Assembly: GCA_963797095.1 (NCBI GenBank)
Contig: CAWCNY010000006.1
Coordinates: 224,001-288,000, forward strand
Length of the DNA: 64,000 nucleotides
DNA from: an uncultured Chloroflexia bacterium
GTDB lineage: Bacteria; Chloroflexota; Chloroflexia; QHBQ01; JADMIH01
Reading direction: 5' to 3'
Under the pieces are notes generated by a model that worked only from the letters and a program-made list of their open reading frames with translations, did no database searches and had not been told where the DNA came from. This document shows positions 58,932-64,000 of this stretch, piece after piece. A program made the translations under genes and the position numbers. The first letter of the stretch is position 1; each line of letters opens with the position of its first letter.

Positions 58932-60107
58932 TCAGGCTGCCATCTCGGCTGGTAAGTTCGCGACAACCCGAGTGCCCTTGCCCGGAGCCGTGTCGATGCT
59001 GAGTTGTCCTCCGAACATCTCCACTCGTTGGCGCATGGTTGCCAGCCCTCGGAACTTGGGGTTATTCAGCCTGGTGTCATCGGCGCTGAACCCTGAGCCA
59101 TCGTCTTCTACATTCACAGATACTACCTCGCCGTTCACGTCGATTGATACCTGTGCATGTGTAGCGTGGGCATGCTTGGCTACGTTGGTGAGCGCCTCCT
59201 GTACGATACGGAAGATCGCTACCTCGATCTGGTTCGGCAGCCTACCGTTCATGCCGTTGATGGTTACACCCACTTCGATCTTGAACTTGTCGGTGAACTG
59301 CTGCACATAGCGGCGCAGCGTCGGCTCAAGGCCGAGGTCGTCCAGGATCATGGGTCGAAGGTCAAAGATGAACCGGCGCGTATCCTGAAGCGTGGTATTG
59401 ACGACGTTCTTGAGGCCCACCAGTTCGCTCTTGGCGCGAGCCGGGTCGACATCGAGCAGACGCTCGCATATCTCCGCACGTAGCACCAGGTTGGTCATCG
59501 TCTGGGCGGGGCCATCGTGAATCTGGCGTGACACATACAGGCGCTCATCCTCTTGAGCCTGGATCACCTGGCCCAGCATCGCTTTACTTTCAGAGCTTCC
59601 TTCATTCATATGAATTTCAGGTCGGGGCTGAAGCGGGCCGGAGCCTGTTCCTTTCATCGATGTCGAACCGGGGTTGAAGTCGTCTGGGACCGATTGTAGG
59701 AGACTCGTAAATCGCCCAATGCGCTGCTGGAGCATTTTCATGCTATTGCGCTTGTTTTCCAACTGCTCCACCTGGGCGCGCATCATGAAGAGGCGCATCT
59801 GTATCTCGTGAGCCGAGTTATAGATAGTCTTCATATCGGTGCGGCTGTAGTTGTCCAGGTTTAGCTCCATATCGCGCACGCGGTTGGTCATGCCAAGCTC
59901 GCGCTGGGCCAGTTTCTCGACCTCGCCGTTGGTCTGGCGCAAGAGCATCTCGATCTCGCTCAACTCGCGTCCCAGCGCCTCTGACTCCACTCTGGACTCG
60001 CCCAATACCGAGCTAACTTTGGTGCGAAACTCATCCGTAGCCGATCCACGTGATGTAGTTGCAGAATCCTGAGTGGTAGCATCGGGCGATTGTGGGCTTC
60101 TTGACAT
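58932..60107 (-). CDS. Soluble DegS-like sensor histidine kinase (HisKA_3)
   Basis: N-terminal coiled coil, no TM; SRQIHDGPAQ, DLRPMILDDLGL, QEALTNVAKHA, DDGSGF. Confidence 0.9.
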   Translation of the reverse strand: MSRSPQSPDATTQDSATTSRGSATDEFRTKVSSVLGESRVESEALGRELSEIEMLLRQTNGEVEKLAQRELGMTNRVRDMELNLDNYSRTDMKTIYNSAHEIQMRLFMMRAQVEQLENKRNSMKMLQQRIGRFTSLLQSVPDDFNPGSTSMKGTGSGPLQPRPEIHMNEGSSESKAMLGQVIQAQEDERLYVSRQIHDGPAQTMTNLVLRAEICERLLDVDPARAKSELVGLKNVVNTTLQDTRRFIFDLRPMILDDLGLEPTLRRYVQQFTDKFKIEVGVTINGMNGRLPNQIEVAIFRIVQEALTNVAKHAHATHAQVSIDVNGEVVSVNVEDDGSGFSADDTRLNNPKFRGLATMRQRVEMFGGQLSIDTAPGKGTRVVANLPAEMAA

Positions 60108-60278
60108 GATTTCGGTTCCTCTTACTTATTCAGATTATTCTGATTGTTGTCGGGCAAAATCGTGGGTATGCCCATATGGGTTCTGTTCTAATATTAGCAA
60201 GCCTCAAGCCTGTAAACAATAAACCTTTCGTACTCTAATAAGTGAGCGATAAGTCCTATAGGCGGATTATTTGCTCAT

Positions 60279-61889
60279 CTACCTTGTGAAAACGATCCCT
60301 TGCTTATCCTCATACACCTTATTCCATGTTTGTGAGGTCGATATGAATGGAATCAGGTTCTTCTGGAAGTCTTTGTTTAGCACCAGGGTGCGAATGCCAT
60401 AGCCGTCGAGGGTCTTCTGCCAATCGGCCCGCCCCTGTGATACGGAGATATAGTCGTCCCACACCTGCACCTGTCGCGCCTCGAACCGCCCATCGATGAA
60501 AAGCTGGTACTGTGGGTAAAGTTCCCATTCCAGGTAGCCGCCCCACTCCATGTAGTTGAATATAGGCGCGGGCACATCCCCCGATTTGAGGAACGCGGTC
60601 AGTTTGGTAGGTGTGCTGTCGCCCACGGCCTCTCTTGCGTTGGCGGGCACCAATGGATTTGCTTGCCTCCACAAGGGTGTATAGAGCACAGCCCCCACTA
60701 CCAATATAGCCACCATCAGCAGGTTCAACGAGTAGATCTCCGAATAGGCGTCTGCGGGCTGCGCGTCCGCAACAGCTCCGGCCTCTTGCTCCGCCGTCTT
60801 TTGGCCTTCCTCTTTTGCCTTGCGCCGGTTTTCGGCCCAGAACGCGAAGTTGGCCGCGATCATCGGAGCTGTCACCCAACCCCACCACATGACATTGCGT
60901 AGCGAAGTAAGGGCCAGGTAGCCGAATGCGATGATCAGCAGGATCTCAGTTGGGCGCAGACGGCGCTTGCTGAGATAGATTGAGACCAGGAACACCGCCA
61001 GTTGCGCGAGGAAAAGCTGCCCCGTGCCGGTATAGATGGTGGGCGATTGCCATTCGACGTTGAGAGAGCGGGCTATCGGGTCGTTGGTGGCGACGAAGAA
61101 ATAGTTGTAGATGCTTATCGTGTATGGGTTGATCAGGCTGGCGAGGGCGGCGAGTATGAACCATAGCGCCTGCCACCCGGCGGCACGCGAGCGCAGCCAC
61201 CTCCGGCCTTCGGCGCTCCCGACCTTCTCCAGCAACGTCCCGAACCCATAGATGCCGAGCAGCGCCACGCCCAGGAAGAACGAGCCGTGTACGTTGACCC
61301 AGAAGATCATTAGCGGGACCAGCAAAGGCAGCCATTTCGGGTAGGCGTCCTTGCGCTCAAGAAGGAAGAGGAAGACTATGAACGGCAGGAAAGCGAACAG
61401 CTGTGGCCGCATTCCATAGTTGGTCCAGGCGGCGAAATAGGCCGCCAGGGTGGCGATAGAGCCTGCGCGTAGTGAGTTTGAGCGCCAGGTGCAGAGCCAT
61501 AACAGAATTCCGACTGTGGCCGTGATGATCAGCACCCTGACGGTGAGCATCAGGTAGGGCGACAGCGCGTAAGCCCAGTAGAAGAGGAGTTGCGAGCCCC
61601 ACTGCGGGTTCGAATATGGCTCGCGCACCGGCGACCACACCAGCACGTCGGTGCCCAGGAACTGCCCCATCTGCATCATGATCTGGCCGCTCTTCACGTT
61701 CCACCAGAAATCAAACGGCTCAATTGAGTCGATGCTGGCGGCGAACCAGGCGATGGCAAGCGGGATGATCGCCCACAGGTGGGCCTTCTTAATGCGGAAT
61801 GCGGAGTGCGGAGTGTGAAGTACCGTGGCTTCGCCTTCGTCTTCGTCGGCGGGTGTGGCGGCAGGGAGAGAGGTTGCTGTACTGCTCAT
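60279..61889 (-). CDS. Multi-pass GT-C-type membrane protein with STT3-like extracellular domain
   Basis: DFWWNVKSG loop, RPQ, WVNVHGSF, LINPY, EWQSP, many TM helices, C-terminal FNYMEWGGYL..FIDGR. Confidence 0.75.
   Translation of the reverse strand: MSSTATSLPAATPADEDEGEATVLHTPHSAFRIKKAHLWAIIPLAIAWFAASIDSIEPFDFWWNVKSGQIMMQMGQFLGTDVLVWSPVREPYSNPQWGSQLLFYWAYALSPYLMLTVRVLIITATVGILLWLCTWRSNSLRAGSIATLAAYFAAWTNYGMRPQLFAFLPFIVFLFLLERKDAYPKWLPLLVPLMIFWVNVHGSFFLGVALLGIYGFGTLLEKVGSAEGRRWLRSRAAGWQALWFILAALASLINPYTISIYNYFFVATNDPIARSLNVEWQSPTIYTGTGQLFLAQLAVFLVSIYLSKRRLRPTEILLIIAFGYLALTSLRNVMWWGWVTAPMIAANFAFWAENRRKAKEEGQKTAEQEAGAVADAQPADAYSEIYSLNLLMVAILVVGAVLYTPLWRQANPLVPANAREAVGDSTPTKLTAFLKSGDVPAPIFNYMEWGGYLEWELYPQYQLFIDGRFEARQVQVWDDYISVSQGRADWQKTLDGYGIRTLVLNKDFQKNLIPFISTSQTWNKVYEDKQGIVFTR
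61791..61818. repeat. Heptamer repeat inside a CDS
   Basis: aatgcgg x2 agtgcgg agtgtga, encoding LHTPHSAFRI on the minus strand. Confidence 0.75.
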
Positions 61890-62003
61890 GCTACGATTGT
61901 AGCAGCGGGCAACCGGACCTGGAATAAGATTTTCGTAGGAGTGGGGGGTAGTACCTTTTCTTGATGCCCCAGGGCATGCACCCGTGGGTTGAGCCCTTCG
62001 CTC

Positions 62004-63154
62004 CTATGGCTTATCCATCACCACCTCCTTAATCGACTGTATAACCAGATCGGGTTGCTCCACCTGGACATAGTGGTGGCTGTTCTCGGCCACGATCAGC
62101 TTCGATCCGGGCACCATAGCCGCCAGTTCCTCCTGCATCTGAAGCCAGATGCGCTCTTTTTCGTCGACGGGCCAGCCGGGAGGTTGCTTAAGGGGGAGGC
62201 CGTGCCGGATCACTGTCATCGGTACGACAGGCAGAGGACCGGCATCGCGCACCTGTTGGCCGCTGAGATGCGTCTCCTCGCAGGTAACACGCTCGCGGTT
62301 TCCGTTGATCCCCTGCTCGCGTAGTTGCTCCTGGTCGGGCGTGAGCACCGATTGGTAGCGCGCATCCAGGTCGGGGTGAACAGCATCGACCAGCACCAAC
62401 CCTGCCACCTCATTCTTATACAGCTTGGCGAAAAGCTGGACGTTAAGCCCACCCTCCGCGCCGCCCACCAAAACATACGGTCCCTGCACGCCTGCGGCGG
62501 CCAGGAGCGCATGTAGCTCATTCATCATCTGCTCGCTGGTGCGTGGGGCTGGCCCTTTGTCGCTCTTGCCCAGCCCCGCCCGGTCGTAAACGCAGGCCCG
62601 CGTGAAGGTGGAGACGTCGGGTTGTACTCCCACCCAGTCGCCCGATGTATCGCCCAGGGCCGAATCCATGATCACTGTGGGGCTGCCTTGCCCGGTGCAA
62701 CTGATCCAGAGCTTGTAGCCGCCGACATCGAAGAGCCCCTCGACAGGACTTGCCCCGGCGTATTTGTGTTTGTACCGGAAGGTACCCAATTGAGAGAGAA
62801 GCACATCGTAAGGCGCGGGGTTCTCAGGGTGATACTCGAAGACGGCACGTTCGAAGTATTGCACTGTGTAGGTGTTGCTATCGAGCGGCGATACCTCTTC
62901 CACTACCTCGGAGATAGGATAACCTTGCTGGGCGAGACCACCGTGCGCGTTCCAATAATCGAGGAAGACGCCGCCCACAGTCTTGCCCGTTTCAGGGAAG
63001 GTTTGGCTGCCTGTGCCTGGGATGTCCACCGGCGATGTGCTCTGTGTGGCGGGAGCCGCTATGCTCCCTCTAGCACACGCGATTGTGATCAATATAGAAA
63101 TTAATGTTGGAAACGCCCTCCTGATAAGCGCATAATGAATGCCCTGGCAGACAA
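62004..63154 (-). pseudogene. Lipoprotein alpha/beta-hydrolase-fold protein with Chloroflexi surface repeat; probable N-terminal frameshift
   Basis: AAGGAGG RBS and TTG at 63154 are out of frame with the signal peptide IRRAFPTLISILITIAC (1-bp loss near 63128); FPETGK..QYFERA domain; YDRAGLGKS; nucleophile elbow reads GGAEG. Confidence 0.6.
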
Positions 63155-63278
63155 TATATAGCCTCCTTATGGCAAAGGTAATCTGGCGACGATCCGGGTG
63201 CTCAGGATCGAGCCGGCAGGCTCCTTATTTCAGTACACCATTGGGGTGCATTGGGTGTCTGTGGAATATCTTGTGCTA

Positions 63279-63998
63279 CTATGCCGAGTTGGATTTGGTG
63301 AGTTCTACCCTGGGGTCCACAACCACATACAGGATATCGGCCAATGTATTGGAGAGAGCCACCACCACTATCAGGATCACTGTGATTGCCAGCACCAGCG
63401 GGCTATCGAGCGGCCCCCCTACCGGCGGCGGAATCACGTTGAAATCGAGCAGGTTGAACGTCGAGCCTGTCAGGAATGTGCCTCCAAGCGCGCTGTAATA
63501 GAGCATCCCAACCCCGGGGTACCCGAATACTTGCTCGATAATAATTCCCATTGAAAAGACCGCCGGTATTGCTAGCCCCACCAGCGTGATCAGCGGTATC
63601 AGCGCGTTGCGCAGTGCGTGCTTATACAACACCCTGCTTCTTGATAACCCTTTCGCGTGCGCCGTCCGAATATAATCCTGGCCCAGTACCTCCAGCAAAG
63701 TAGCCCGCGTGTAGCGCGCTATCGACGGTATCTGCAAAGCCACAAGTGTGAAGGTTGGCAGCGCCAGGTGGTATATCCTGTTCACCCAGTTCCCCTCCTC
63801 CCCCTCGTCAGCAATTCCGTTCAAGGGCAGGTACGGCACCCACGTCCAACCGTTGGTGGTGTGCAACTGGTATGGCACGATCGTCATCAGGAGCACCAGC
63901 ACCAACCCCAGCGCGAAGGGCGGTATTGAGCGGAAGGATAGGGTTACAAACGTCAGCACGTGTGCTTCCGCGGTATGGTTCCTGATAGCCCCAGTGAC
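63279..63998 (-). CDS. Peptide/nickel ABC transporter permease (DppB/OppB), truncated by window end
   Basis: HLALP, ARYTRATLLEVLGQDYIRTAHAKGL, HALRNALIP, IEQVFGYPGVG, ADILY..DPRV. Confidence 0.93.
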   Translation of the reverse strand, partial: VTGAIRNHTAEAHVLTFVTLSFRSIPPFALGLVLVLLMTIVPYQLHTTNGWTWVPYLPLNGIADEGEEGNWVNRIYHLALPTFTLVALQIPSIARYTRATLLEVLGQDYIRTAHAKGLSRSRVLYKHALRNALIPLITLVGLAIPAVFSMGIIIEQVFGYPGVGMLYYSALGGTFLTGSTFNLLDFNVIPPPVGGPLDSPLVLAITVILIVVVALSNTLADILYVVVDPRVELTKSNSA

Positions 63999-64000
63999 CC

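Overview
GC-rich chromosomal window, most likely from a Chloroflexota (Chloroflexia-like) bacterium. This is inferred from the lineage-typical SLH tail and the 'FPETG...QYFERA' repeat domain. Left end (2.5-7.2 kb): three insertion sequences (IS5 remnant, DDE_5-type element, ISAzo13) stacked end to end at shared TTA trinucleotides. Next comes a housekeeping run (GT2, ROK kinase, M50 protease, HD protein, scpA, DUF62 SAM hydroxide adenosyltransferase, LysM-M23 peptidase) and an accessory patch (IS701 and IS630 remnants, SLH pseudogene, class II uvrA, Imm5-like). Then serS, an HNH nuclease, a debranching enzyme and GT4 each behind a sigma54-like promoter, a GT-C membrane protein, two tandem ECF/anti-sigma pairs, a sugar dehydrogenase and a GT2. 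The centre is a complete nuoA-N operon interrupted by a decayed VapBC-type module, followed by gyrA, three Flp pilin genes (two identical), a DegS-like kinase, an STT3-like GT-C protein, a probably dead alpha/beta hydrolase and a partial DppB/OppB permease. Most notable: (1) NuoF carries substitutions predicting NADPH use, within a HydB/FDH-derived input module; (2) phase-locked heptanucleotide tracts, often as inverted arrays, at most nuo gene junctions; (3) a Flp pilin locus with shared upstream boxes, an orphan kinase and a candidate pilin-modifying transferase. No tRNA, rRNA or CRISPR array was recognised. All calls are by eye, without database searches.
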